Shown here piece after piece: positions 9,726 through 18,991 of a stretch of DNA of 64,000 nucleotides (the first letter of the stretch is position 1; the number at the start of each line of letters is the position of its first letter). The notes under the pieces are model-generated. The model had not been told where the DNA came from. It searched no databases and saw nothing but the letters and a program-made list of their open reading frames with translations. The position numbers and the translations under genes were made by a program. The stretch spans positions 704,001 to 768,000 of the forward strand of contig CAVRCF010000005.1 in the NCBI GenBank assembly GCA_963719505.1, read 5' to 3'. This DNA comes from Halobacteriovoraceae bacterium (GTDB taxonomy: Bacteria > Bdellovibrionota > Bacteriovoracia > Bacteriovoracales > Bacteriovoracaceae).

Positions 9726-10235
9726 GTGGAAAAAATACTGATCACCGCTGGATTCAAAGATGTAGAGCAACTAGAACTTGCTTCGCAAAAGCTCATCAGT
9801 TCTGGTATAAAAAAAGAGATGATAAAGTATATCACCTCTCCTATATCTCGTTACAGCGGTGTTCATTTCCATTCGGAATCTAGGGGGACAACTTTTGGTT
9901 TTCGAGCGATACCATGGGGATTAACATCGGGGGTAGTATTTTACTTATTATTTCTTTTTTTAGGGTCAAGCAAAGGTTTTTTTGCAATAATAGGTTCTAT
10001 TAATTTAAATAATTTTCTACTCAGTGTCCTTGCTTCTGCCTTTATTGCAATGTTTATTGGTTACGAGATCGGCAAAAGAACGAAAATTAACTTTGTTGAA
10101 ACTCAAAAAAAGTATCCAGAAGAAGAAAATATAACTTTAAGCATTGAAACTGACAGCCAAAATAACCTTGATGTACTCAATACACTTAACCAATTTGAAG
10201 TCGTTAACCTTCATTCGGCAGCGACTCTAAAATAG
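9726..10235 (+). CDS. Two-TM membrane protein (general-stress type architecture)
   Basis: Soluble N- and C-termini flanking two hydrophobic helices; follows csbD. Confidence 0.55.
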   Translation: MEKILITAGFKDVEQLELASQKLISSGIKKEMIKYITSPISRYSGVHFHSESRGTTFGFRAIPWGLTSGVVFYLLFLFLGSSKGFFAIIGSINLNNFLLSVLASAFIAMFIGYEIGKRTKINFVETQKKYPEEENITLSIETDSQNNLDVLNTLNQFEVVNLHSAATLK

Positions 10236-10242
10236 GAGACAT

Positions 10243-10515
10243 ATGAACAATGAACCAAGAAGAAAAAAGCCTGAGATTGATACAACAAGGCCAAATAAGC
10301 CAGAGATAAAACCAGGTGAGAAAGCGAATAACCCTGAAATTAAACCTCATACACCTGATCCAGAAATAAAACCTAACAACCCTAGGCACCCAGAGCCAGA
10401 GATCCAACCTAATCCAAGACCCTCTCAGCCAAAGCCTGAAATTAAGCCAAATCCGACACCTTCTCAGCCTAAGCCGGATGTAAAGCCTAATCCAGGGCCT
10501 AAACGAAAAATTTAA
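10243..10515 (+). CDS. Pro-rich low-complexity repeat protein
   Basis: AGGAG RBS; about 7 imperfect (K)PE(I/V)KP-type repeats. Confidence 0.65.
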   Translation: MNNEPRRKKPEIDTTRPNKPEIKPGEKANNPEIKPHTPDPEIKPNNPRHPEPEIQPNPRPSQPKPEIKPNPTPSQPKPDVKPNPGPKRKI

Positions 10516-11291
10516 TATATTAGGAAGCTTACTTTTTTATTTGATTTGGAAAACTCCAAGGTTGAAGACTCATACCATTCCCCATCGAGTTTAACTGATA
10601 TATTTTTATCTGATTTGACCTTAAGTTCAGTTAGATAGTGCACTTCTATCTCATCCCTTGCATCAATTTCGTCATTAAATGTAAGCTCTGAAATTGCTTG
10701 GATTGAGCTAAACATATTGCCGTCATTGCAAGATAGAAAACTGAAATCCTCTCCGAAGGAAGAAGTATAGGAGGGGTTAACTCTTATTCCACCGCCGGCG
10801 TATAAACCTTGAGAGACAACAAAACCACAAGTATTAATGTCCTTTGTTTCTCCATCAAGTTCTACTGAGACTTTAATAACATTATCGGAAAACAATTTCT
10901 TTAACCCTGATAAATAATAGGATAATTGCCCTATGGTCTTTTTCATACCAGAGTCCGAATCTTCAGTGATTTCAGCAGGTGCACCACAAGTTGCAACATT
11001 TATAAAATATCTGTCATTCAACTTCATGATGGGTACTTCAATCGAGGTATTTCTTTTTAAAATTCTATCCACTCTAAGGGCGTCTAGCTGAGGCATCGAA
11101 CCAAAAATTGACTTTGCAAAGTCATTAGCAGTTCCCATTGGAATATATATGACCTTTGGGGTAAAGTTAAAATTAAACTTATTAATGAAGTAATTTAAAC
11201 TGCCGTCACCGCCAATAATAACAAAAGGATCTTCAGTAGAAGTATACGTACTTGATTCATCGTACACCTCTACTGAGTAACTACTTTTCAC
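10512..11291 (-). CDS. Diacylglycerol kinase family lipid kinase (YegS/DgkB-like); true start probably further upstream
   Basis: GGDGS, IPMGTANDFA, YFINVA, YAGGG, LDGE motifs. Confidence 0.85.
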   Translation of the reverse strand: MKSSYSVEVYDESSTYTSTEDPFVIIGGDGSLNYFINKFNFNFTPKVIYIPMGTANDFAKSIFGSMPQLDALRVDRILKRNTSIEVPIMKLNDRYFINVATCGAPAEITEDSDSGMKKTIGQLSYYLSGLKKLFSDNVIKVSVELDGETKDINTCGFVVSQGLYAGGGIRVNPSYTSSFGEDFSFLSCNDGNMFSSIQAISELTFNDEIDARDEIEVHYLTELKVKSDKNISVKLDGEWYESSTLEFSKSNKKVSFLIY

Positions 11292-11353
11292 TTTATCTAA
11301 AAGTTCACTGCATTCGGATAGCTTTGACTTTGATCCTACTATTATTAGTTTAA

Positions 11354-11836
11354 TTATCTCATTCCAATCATAGACTCTAGTATTTCTATGTGCTTCTTTT
11401 GCCGAGGTATAAAAACATTTTCGATTTGCCGTTTTTGAAGTTTTGTAAGACTTGAGAAGCCAAGCATCTTTTCATAGTTATCAAGACCATGCTCTTCACC
11501 TTTCTTCAAAGCAGACAATGCTGTATTATCGCCTATAATCTTTGAAGCTCCAACAAAAATTTCGACCATGGTTCCCCACAGACTTGATTCAAGCTCTGGA
11601 ACCTTGCCCTCATCAATAGCTTCCGTAGTCCAATACTGGATAGCCTTGTCGTGCTCTTCTTTCATTGCAATCAACTTATGAGCATCATCTTTCTTTTGAA
11701 AGTTTTCAAACACTTGATCATAAGCTTCAGTCGCTGAGATCTCTCCTCTGAGGATCTCATTAATGTCTTGATTAAAGAATTCATTCGGGTTTTGTGGATT
11801 GTAAGGCTCCACTGGTGTTTGTAAGTTCATAGTCAT
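11354..11836 (-). CDS. Ferritin-like four-helix protein, PA2169/DUF2383 type
   Basis: LRGEISATEAY...EEH...GEEHGLDNY pattern. Confidence 0.75.
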   Translation of the reverse strand: MTMNLQTPVEPYNPQNPNEFFNQDINEILRGEISATEAYDQVFENFQKKDDAHKLIAMKEEHDKAIQYWTTEAIDEGKVPELESSLWGTMVEIFVGASKIIGDNTALSALKKGEEHGLDNYEKMLGFSSLTKLQKRQIENVFIPRQKKHIEILESMIGMR

Positions 11837-13179
11837 TCTCCTTTTTTAGATTTCCCTCGAAGTTGAACAAGTGCATCTCTAACCTTTTGAAATGCAAATT
11901 TGTTGGCTCCTCGTTTATAGGGATAAATTCCATCTTTTTTATTAACTGCTGATGTACAATTCTCATGAATTGTTTTCATGATTTCTTTAAGTTCTGAATC
12001 GACTTCCGAAGCAGTCATAGGGTCGTGAGTAGAGTTCTGTGACCTCTCCAGACCACTGACAGCGACACCGCCAGCATTCGCTGCCTTTCCTGGAAGATAG
12101 ATGATGTTTTTATCAATAACAAGATGAATAGCTTTACTGGTAAGAGGCATATTTGCTCCCTCTGCAATGACCATATCTTCATTTTCTAAAAGAGTCTTAG
12201 CATCCTTTTCATCAATTTCATTTTGAGTAGCACACGGCATAGCTATATCAGCCTTAAACTGCCACGGTTTATCAGAGGCGCGGAACTCAGCACCGCTGCA
12301 CTTAAAATCTTTAAGTCGTTTTCGTTTTACAAATTTAAATTCTTTCAACTCTTCTAGTGTTTCTCTTGAGATTCCATCAGAAAAATAGAGAGTTCCACCC
12401 GAGTCGGAAACTGTTAGTGGAATCGCTTCCTTATCTAAAAGCTTCTCAACGGCAAAAAGAGCAACGTTTCCAGATCCAGAGACCAGGACTCTTTTCCCTT
12501 TCAGCTTTCTTTCATGGGCTTCAAGAGCTTCATTTAAAAAATAGACACATCCATACCCGGTGGCTTCTTTCCTTATTTTACTTCCGCCGAAACTGACGCC
12601 TTTACCTGTGATAACGCCCTCGTGTTTTCCTTTAATTTGGAGAAATTGCCCAAAGAGATAACCTATCTCCCTCGCTCCAACGCCAATATCACCGGCAGGA
12701 ATATCTTTATCAGGTCCAATAAAGGGATGGATCTCTGTCATAAAAGCCTGACAGAACCTTCTAACCTCACCTTCAGACTTACCTTTGGGATCAAAGTCAG
12801 AGCCTCCCTTAGCTCCTCCCATCGGTAACCCAGTGAGAGCATTTTTAAATATTTGCTCAAAACCCAAAAACTTCAAAACACTGTCGTTGACCTTTGGATG
12901 AAATCTAAGACCACCTTTGTAAGGTCCCAAGCAGTTATTAAACTGAACTCTCCACGCATGATTGACACGAATTTGATCTTTGTCATCAAACCACTCAACC
13001 TTAAACTTTATGACTCGATCAGGTTCGATAAGTCTAAAAAGAGATTCTTGCAACTCTGAGTAAGAGTGATCATCATCTGGAGAGAGTACATCCTCAGCAA
13101 CTTCTGTTACGGCAGCGTGAAACTCATGATCTCCATGGTGAAATTTCTCTAGGTATTCTTTTATTTGATCTAATGACAT
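11833..13179 (-). CDS. gdhA: NADP-specific glutamate dehydrogenase
   Basis: GPYKGGLRFHP, GGAKGGSDFDP, DIPAGDIGVG, EATGYG, GSGNVA, EGANMP. Confidence 0.95.
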   Translation of the reverse strand: MSLDQIKEYLEKFHHGDHEFHAAVTEVAEDVLSPDDDHSYSELQESLFRLIEPDRVIKFKVEWFDDKDQIRVNHAWRVQFNNCLGPYKGGLRFHPKVNDSVLKFLGFEQIFKNALTGLPMGGAKGGSDFDPKGKSEGEVRRFCQAFMTEIHPFIGPDKDIPAGDIGVGAREIGYLFGQFLQIKGKHEGVITGKGVSFGGSKIRKEATGYGCVYFLNEALEAHERKLKGKRVLVSGSGNVALFAVEKLLDKEAIPLTVSDSGGTLYFSDGISRETLEELKEFKFVKRKRLKDFKCSGAEFRASDKPWQFKADIAMPCATQNEIDEKDAKTLLENEDMVIAEGANMPLTSKAIHLVIDKNIIYLPGKAANAGGVAVSGLERSQNSTHDPMTASEVDSELKEIMKTIHENCTSAVNKKDGIYPYKRGANKFAFQKVRDALVQLRGKSKKGE

Positions 13180-13187
13180 TTTTATCC

Positions 13188-13688
13188 TTATGTTAAGTGA
13201 GACTTATACATCCAAGATGTCTTTTCGTGATTTGCTAAAAGTGTTATTAAAAAATCCTCTGTAACAGGATCTTCTCCCATTGCCTCTTTGTTTTCTTTAA
13301 GAAAAAATTTAATCTCTTCTTGAATGGTTAAACTAGAATTAAAAAGGTCTGAGAGCATCTGGTTGGTTGAAAGCTTCTCCCCATTCATTTCTTTTAATGT
13401 ATTTTTATCGTTCATTTTTGAAACAGTACTTATTGGGGTCTCGTCTAAAACTCTTACCCTCTCAGCAATATCGTCCATAACGACCAGTAAATCCTTGTAC
13501 TGAGTTTCTAGAAAGCTATGAATTGTTAGGAACCTAGGTCCGGTGATATTCCAGTGGTAGTTTAAGGTTTTAGTGAAAAGGCCATATTCATTTGCCAAAA
13601 GACTGTTAAGGAAGCTTGTCATTGATGAAATGTGTTTTTGATCTACATTTCCGATTGGTCTTTTTGTTGAAATTTCTGCTGAATTCAT
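13188..13688 (-). CDS. dps: Dps/DNA starvation-stationary phase ferritin
   Basis: KTLNYHWNITGPRFLTIH, DDIAERV, HEKTSWM ferroxidase motifs. Confidence 0.93.
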   Translation of the reverse strand: MNSAEISTKRPIGNVDQKHISSMTSFLNSLLANEYGLFTKTLNYHWNITGPRFLTIHSFLETQYKDLLVVMDDIAERVRVLDETPISTVSKMNDKNTLKEMNGEKLSTNQMLSDLFNSSLTIQEEIKFFLKENKEAMGEDPVTEDFLITLLANHEKTSWMYKSHLT

Positions 13689-13763
13689 TTCTTCCTCCTT
13701 TATTTAGTTACCCTTATAGTAACAAAACAAAGGAGATGCTTTCCTCAATCTTTTGTGATTGAT

Positions 13764-13781
13764 TGTGTATTTATCTAAACA
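13764..13781. promoter_or_regulatory. TGTGT-N8-ACACA palindrome copy (TGTGT ATTTATCT AAACA)
   Basis: About 76 nt upstream of dps; overlaps the stop of the preceding gene. Confidence 0.6.
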
Positions 13782-14254
13782 ACCCTCACGCTTACAGGGT
13801 CGACTTCGTTGATGGCTTTAATAACGAGATCAAGTTTATCTTTCTCTATGCTAATGACTGCTAGAGCTTCACTATCATCAATATCATAGACGCTCATTGA
13901 TGGCATTTTCTCTTTGTTTATAACATAAAAGATCGCGCTCAGTGCTGTCGCAAAAACTGCAATTGAAGTCATTAATGCGAAAGAGAACGTAAAAGAGCTG
14001 TCTCCTAGATGGCCAGTTCTCAAAAGAATTTGTTGTATAATCGCTCCAGAAATTAATCCAAATAGAAAACCAATATTAATGGCCCTTAGTAACCCTATTT
14101 TAAACTTTTCTCTGTGATGGTTTTTAATATATTTTTTTATTGAATCTCTAGTGATGATCCTACTTTTTTTGGGATCAAATCGCTTCTTCACGCTCTCAAT
14201 GAGCGACTGAGCTCTTCTTTTGTTTTGTAATTTTACTCTTACTTGTACTAACAT
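13775..14254 (-). CDS. Two-TM membrane protein
   Basis: Architecture similar to 9726..10235; GGAG RBS. Confidence 0.6.
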   Translation of the reverse strand: MLVQVRVKLQNKRRAQSLIESVKKRFDPKKSRIITRDSIKKYIKNHHREKFKIGLLRAINIGFLFGLISGAIIQQILLRTGHLGDSSFTFSFALMTSIAVFATALSAIFYVINKEKMPSMSVYDIDDSEALAVISIEKDKLDLVIKAINEVDPVSVRVV

Positions 14255-14323
14255 TTTGTCTCCATAGCTTGGTGTGAATCTGATGCACTATCTGCTACCT
14301 TCCTGGCTTGGATTTTGACATAT

Positions 14324-14354
14324 AAATTGGGGAAGATTTCTGCCTTCCCCATTT
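14324..14354 (-). terminator. Probable terminator after rplY/ctc
   Basis: TGGGGAAG...CTTCCCCA stem. Confidence 0.55.
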
Positions 14355-14358
14355 AATT

Positions 14359-14979
14359 TTACTGCTCAGACTTCTCACTTGTTGCCTCAACCTCTGCAGG
14401 TGAGTTTTCCGTAAGGTCTGCTTCTTCAGTAGCTTCTTCAGCTACAACTGTTGGAGCTGAACAAATAACGACTGGCTTATCTGATTCTTCCTGAAGTTCT
14501 ATTCCCTTCGGAAGCTTTATATCGCCAATAGTTAAGTTATCTCCAATATCAAGATGGCTAATATCCACCTCAAAAGATTCTGGCATATCGCTTGGCGTAG
14601 CTAAAACCATAATAGCATCTCTAATTGTTAAAATTTTTCCTCCGGCTTTTGCCCCTTTAGCTTCTCCTGTCAGTGTAACAGGAATTTCTAATGAAGTTTT
14701 TTCGCCTTTTTTAAGAGCGACCAAAGAGAAATGAATTCGATCATGACTTACTGGGTCTAACTGAATTCCACCAAACTTAACGAAGCTTGATCCCTTTTTC
14801 GTTTTTACTTTATAAATTTCCCCTTGCATTGAGAGAAAATTTGAAAGATCTAAGCTTTTCATTTTAATAGTTTCAGTTTCCATTCCATTTCCGTAAATCA
14901 CGCCCGGTACATACCCATTTGCGCGGATTGTTTTTGTTTTTACGTCTAATGCTCTGTCTTCAAATTTTAATGTATTCAC
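14359..14979 (-). CDS. rplY: 50S ribosomal protein bL25 / general stress protein Ctc
   Basis: RANGYVPGVIYG, QLDPV...HFSL, PVTLTGEAKG, VDISHLDIGD, acidic tail. Confidence 0.9.
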   Translation of the reverse strand: MNTLKFEDRALDVKTKTIRANGYVPGVIYGNGMETETIKMKSLDLSNFLSMQGEIYKVKTKKGSSFVKFGGIQLDPVSHDRIHFSLVALKKGEKTSLEIPVTLTGEAKGAKAGGKILTIRDAIMVLATPSDMPESFEVDISHLDIGDNLTIGDIKLPKGIELQEESDKPVVICSAPTVVAEEATEEADLTENSPAEVEATSEKSEQ

Positions 14980-14987
14980 TCTTTCTC

Positions 14988-15599
14988 CTAGTTTAAAACC
15001 ATTCCATATTTTATGGCTTCATATTGTGTAAACGGTAATCGTGTATCAGCGTTTATTTTAGCACCTAAAAGGTCTGCGTGCACAAGGTTTGTGTCCCTCA
15101 TATCTGCACCTCTAAGGTCAGCGTATCTTAAATCAGTATTCTGAAAATTACATTTTCTTACATCTGCTTTGATCAGACAAGCCTCTCTCATAAAGGCTCC
15201 TTTAAATGAGCAATTCTTAGCGATAACATTTGAGAAGTTTGCTAAGACTAAATCAGACTTTAAGAAACTTACATTTTTTAAAAATGATCCTCGAAAAGAT
15301 GAACCCAGCGCCTTTAATCTCTTAAAACTTGTATTAATAACTTCAGCTAAATTTAAATTCACCCTCGTTAAATTGGTTAACTTAAAAACTGTCTTATTCA
15401 AATAAGCCCCACTTAGGTTTGCCTGTTCCAAATCACTGTTGTCAAATTTAACAAAAGACAGATCAGATCCTGAAAGTTGAGCTCCTCTTGCCACACTATG
15501 CTTAAACTGAGCTTTCGAAAGTGAAGCATTTTCGAAGTCGTAATTATTCATTTTTCGATTTCTAAAATCTTTACCTCTTAAATCTCTTATCGTTTTCAT
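14988..15599 (-). CDS. Pentapeptide repeat protein
   Basis: Continuous A(D/N)LxX repeats (ADLRGADMRDTNL). Confidence 0.9.
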   Translation of the reverse strand: MKTIRDLRGKDFRNRKMNNYDFENASLSKAQFKHSVARGAQLSGSDLSFVKFDNSDLEQANLSGAYLNKTVFKLTNLTRVNLNLAEVINTSFKRLKALGSSFRGSFLKNVSFLKSDLVLANFSNVIAKNCSFKGAFMREACLIKADVRKCNFQNTDLRYADLRGADMRDTNLVHADLLGAKINADTRLPFTQYEAIKYGMVLN

Positions 15600-15898
15600 T
15601 AATGCCTCGTCTTATTTGCATGATCAAGGGACATAAAAAGTGCCTTGGCGGAAGACTTCATGGCATCACTTAAAGAATCTCCATCTTTATGGACGTAAAG
15701 ATTCTTCTCGTTTGGCCTGATGAGATGAACGCCACACTTTATGGCTTCTCCAGACCTAGAGCTTGGCTCAATCCAAACGTGAACAGCACAATTGTGCGTT
15801 TCCGAAAGCTTATTAAACTTTTCTTCAAAGAAGTAATGAGCACTTCTTTCAACATCATGAAAGTTTAAATTCGTTTGATTATGTACAATTGTTTCCAT
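15599..15898 (-). CDS. HPF/RaiA-like ribosome-associated protein (divergent)
   Basis: 99 aa; beta-alpha-beta3-alpha pattern with EKFNKL and DSLSDAM...AKAL reminiscent of HPF. Confidence 0.55.
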   Translation of the reverse strand: METIVHNQTNLNFHDVERSAHYFFEEKFNKLSETHNCAVHVWIEPSSRSGEAIKCGVHLIRPNEKNLYVHKDGDSLSDAMKSSAKALFMSLDHANKTRH

Positions 15899-15963
15899 AC
15901 AATCTCCGTTAGTTAATGTTATACGTCATAGACATTTTGACCATTTAGCAGAGTATTAACCAA

Positions 15964-15981
15964 TGTGTAGTTTTCTACACA
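15964..15981. promoter_or_regulatory. TGTGT-N8-ACACA palindrome copy (best match)
   Basis: AATGTGTAG-TTTT-CTACACATT, perfect 9-bp arms; about 66 nt upstream of the start at 15898. Confidence 0.75.
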
Positions 15982-15987
15982 TTTCTA

Positions 15988-16197
15988 TTATTTCGACAAT
16001 TTAGACTCTTTTGCATACTCATCAAGTTCAACTTCAGGGTCTATCTTGTCTTTTCTATAGAGAGATCGAATCTTCTTGGCCAAGAGGTCTAGTTTTCCCT
16101 TTGATCTTTCAATTTCAAAATCTCTAATCTTTGAGTATCTACTACGTACTCTTGATTTAAATTGTTTCCATTTTGAATCTTCAATTTGTAGTGGCAT
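15988..16197 (-). CDS. CsbD-like protein (divergent paralog)
   Basis: KWKQFKSRVRSRYSKI...GKLDLLAKKI aligns by eye with CsbD at 9507. Confidence 0.65.
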   Translation of the reverse strand: MPLQIEDSKWKQFKSRVRSRYSKIRDFEIERSKGKLDLLAKKIRSLYRKDKIDPEVELDEYAKESKLSK

Positions 16198-16261
16198 AAA
16201 TCCCCCTTACAAACATTGAAACAGAATACATAAAGGAATAAATCTACATGTTGTTAATTGA

Positions 16262-16279
16262 TGTGTTTATTTTCACACA
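16262..16279. promoter_or_regulatory. TGTGT-N8-ACACA palindrome copy (TGTGT TTATTTTC ACACA)
   Basis: Between divergent starts 16197 and 16346, about 65 nt from each. Confidence 0.7.
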
Positions 16280-16345
16280 AAAGAAAAATAGAACCTTGCA
16301 GTAACTAGTCACCAATAGCAATAAGATAGAGTCAGGAGGATTATT

Positions 16346-16504
16346 ATGAAATATATTATTATCTCGACATTGCTATTGATTTTTACTTCATGCGCATCTA
16401 CTGTAAATAAGAAAGAAGACCAATCAAAAGTGAGTGAAAAGAATATTTTTCCAACAACTTTGATATCAACCCAAAATATTGAGGTTTCTCAAGTAGGATT
16501 CTAG
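16346..16504 (+). CDS. Small lipoprotein, 52 aa (not in ORF track)
   Basis: AGGAGG RBS; MKYIIISTLLLIFTSCASTVNKK... with an FTSC lipobox; stop overlaps the next start. Confidence 0.7.
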   Translation: MKYIIISTLLLIFTSCASTVNKKEDQSKVSEKNIFPTTLISTQNIEVSQVGF

Positions 16505-16896
16505 TGAAGCATATCGATATAGAAGACTTAGTTCAAGTAAGCTTGGGCACGATCATTATTGCAACCCCCATAAGCTTAACAGACGAAGCCTTAACCCTCG
16601 CCAAAACTTTACCATTGACCAATGTTATTATTACCATCTTCTTATCCCTATTTTTAAACTCAATCTTTATTTTTCACGGAGTCTATGAAGGAAAAATTCG
16701 AGCCAAATTTCCTCGATTCATCTACAGAACTATCATTAACTACACTTTGACGATTCTAACAGTCTTAGGAATTATCTATCTTCTGAATATCGACTCGAGA
16801 ATTGATTCAGCACAAAACCTTGCGAGAGTCCTAGTAATGATCTCTTTTCCTGCTTCTTTAGCCGGTGCAATAATAGATTCATTTGATAAAGAGTAG
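16504..16896 (+). CDS. DUF2391-like membrane protein
   Basis: EDLVQ..G...ATPISLTDE pattern, 4 TM, C-terminal GAIIDSF. Confidence 0.65.
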   Translation: MKHIDIEDLVQVSLGTIIIATPISLTDEALTLAKTLPLTNVIITIFLSLFLNSIFIFHGVYEGKIRAKFPRFIYRTIINYTLTILTVLGIIYLLNIDSRIDSAQNLARVLVMISFPASLAGAIIDSFDKE

Positions 16897-16897
16897 C

Positions 16898-17983
16898 TTA
16901 TTTCTTTACAAGTAGTTTATTGACAACTTTATCAAAAGGATAAACTTCTAAAACCATATTTTCTGTAAATTCTTTTGTCGAGTAACTTCCTACAACCCCT
17001 TCGAGTTCAATGACCTTGTTGAAAATTGTAACTTTTAACGTTTTGATGTCAGCAAAGATGAGTTTGAGCCTAGATTCAATCTCTTTTTCTCTCTTTTTAA
17101 TTGGGAATTTCACCTCTCCCGTTAGGACTATATCTCTTTTGATCTTTTGAATTCCACTAAACTTTTTAATTAAGTTTTCAATACTCATAAGATCTTTATA
17201 ACTATCTATTGATCCATTTATCGTAACAGTTCTATCTTTAAAAATATATTTCAAGTCCACCATCCCCTTTGCCGTATTTTTAACATATAGACCTATCATT
17301 GACTGAAGTCTTTTCACATCAACTCTATCAACATGTTGAACTGAAAGGTTTTTAGCAATGGCTTTTTTCACTCCTAAGACTGACTGAACTTCTTTGACCA
17401 CAATCTCATATTCAAAAAGATTTTTGGTGTGTCCGTCTATAAAGACGAAGCCATCAACCGATTTAATTTTAACATCAGTTGAAGGAGAAAATATTGAGAT
17501 ATGAGATTTAACTATTTTTGCAAGCCTCTCATCGCCTTCACTCACGCCCCTAGATTGATTCCTCATTTTTAAACTCTCTATAATAATTTCAGGAAAGAGT
17601 TCCGCTTCACGTGGCCAAGAGATAATCCCACTTATACCTTTTGCATAAAGGTTACTATAAAAGTTTGAACTCCTTTTCGTTCTAGAAAGAAAGTATTTTG
17701 GAATGTCACTATACAAGGCAAGAATATCATTCATTCTTCTTGGAGAAGTGATTTTGAGTTCATTTTCGTCAAACACTATGGCGATAGTTGATCTATTGAT
17801 AGAGAATGTCGCCTGTGCCATCGAAGTCACTCTCAGTGAGAAACTAAATTGATTTTGTAAAATTTTTAATTTTTCACTCACCTCTCCATTTCCAATCACG
17901 ACGATATTGTAGTTTTTATCGGGGATAAATTTAGGTGGGCTATGGGTTTTATCAAAATAAGGCTTTGTTGTTTGCATATTCAT
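16898..17983 (-). CDS. Multi-BON domain protein with N-terminal receiver-like region
   Basis: Three BON-like units (D..L...V...DGFVFIDG; VTINGSI; IELEGVV...VVNKL). Confidence 0.65.
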   Translation of the reverse strand: MNMQTTKPYFDKTHSPPKFIPDKNYNIVVIGNGEVSEKLKILQNQFSFSLRVTSMAQATFSINRSTIAIVFDENELKITSPRRMNDILALYSDIPKYFLSRTKRSSNFYSNLYAKGISGIISWPREAELFPEIIIESLKMRNQSRGVSEGDERLAKIVKSHISIFSPSTDVKIKSVDGFVFIDGHTKNLFEYEIVVKEVQSVLGVKKAIAKNLSVQHVDRVDVKRLQSMIGLYVKNTAKGMVDLKYIFKDRTVTINGSIDSYKDLMSIENLIKKFSGIQKIKRDIVLTGEVKFPIKKREKEIESRLKLIFADIKTLKVTIFNKVIELEGVVGSYSTKEFTENMVLEVYPFDKVVNKLLVKK

Positions 17984-18048
17984 AAAGTCTCCTTAAAGCC
18001 ATTATATGTTACGACACAACGCGACTCTTTCACTGAAGGTGACTTTAG

Positions 18049-18066
18049 TGTTTAATATGATACACA
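18049..18066. promoter_or_regulatory. TGTGT-N8-ACACA palindrome copy (TGTTT AATATGAT ACACA)
   Basis: About 66 nt upstream of 17983 and 55 nt upstream of 18122. Confidence 0.6.
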
Positions 18067-18121
18067 ATTTAATAAAAAAAGGGTTTAATAAGACCATTAT
18101 ATTGCTGTCACGGGAAACGTT

Positions 18122-18991
18122 TTGCTCAAGTATGTTTTTTTCATTTTTTTATCTTTTGAATGTCTTGCCTCGGAGAGCTTCTATACACTTTCATTTCTCC
18201 ATCTTGAAAATAATATTTTTTCAAAACTAGACAAAGATATTAGCACTCACTCGGATGTTTTAAATTTAAGCTATACTCAGATTTTTACTCAAAAGCATTT
18301 GTTCTCTATTTCATCCTTTTATGCAGAATCAAAAGGAAACGAGTTGAGAAATGGAAATATGAGTAAAAGTAGTTTTTATTCTCGTGGATTTCAAGAGCCT
18401 CAGATCAGTTACGCTTACCTAGCGAAATCTGAGAAAAGCGATGATGGAGAGGTGTTGAACTTTAAGTTCTCTTTTATCCCCTCTTTGTTTGAAAAACGCT
18501 CAGGTGGAGAAAATCCAAATCAAGCTATTGGAGGCCACTTTATTTCTTATGAAGCGATCTGGGGTCAAACATATTCTACTTGGGCCGGCTATATTAGAGT
18601 CATGGGAGCAAGAAACTTTGTGGCTTTTGAAAAAAACATAAGTTCAAATACTGAATATTCAAAATCAGCCTATTCAACTTACTCTTTAACCTTCACAGGC
18701 AAATATAAATTCAATAACAAATGGAATCTTTTCTTCTCCTCCGGAATTCAGTTCACAAGAGATATTGATATTGAAAGTAACAAAACAACATCTTCAGCAC
18801 TCGTGCAGCAAGGTACTGGATCGACAAAAGATATTGGGATAAGCTACACAACCGTAAACCGCTCCTACAGTGCAAGTATTAAATCGACCAAAAATCAATT
18901 TTTTATCGATAGCGGAAGTGGAAGCACTATGGGTAATTATGATGGTGAATTTGAAAGGTACACTTTTAATCTTAGCGTTTCGTATTACTAA
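18122..18991 (+). CDS. Putative outer-membrane beta-barrel protein
   Basis: Signal peptide, alternating aromatic/polar strands, C-terminal aromatic residues. Confidence 0.55.
   Translation: MLKYVFFIFLSFECLASESFYTLSFLHLENNIFSKLDKDISTHSDVLNLSYTQIFTQKHLFSISSFYAESKGNELRNGNMSKSSFYSRGFQEPQISYAYLAKSEKSDDGEVLNFKFSFIPSLFEKRSGGENPNQAIGGHFISYEAIWGQTYSTWAGYIRVMGARNFVAFEKNISSNTEYSKSAYSTYSLTFTGKYKFNNKWNLFFSSGIQFTRDIDIESNKTTSSALVQQGTGSTKDIGISYTTVNRSYSASIKSTKNQFFIDSGSGSTMGNYDGEFERYTFNLSVSYY

Noticed and set aside
14273-14290. Weak palindrome-like sites (14273, 22813, about 34150, 49439)
   Set aside because: Only one half-site matches at N8 spacing; not distinguishable from chance in AT-rich DNA.
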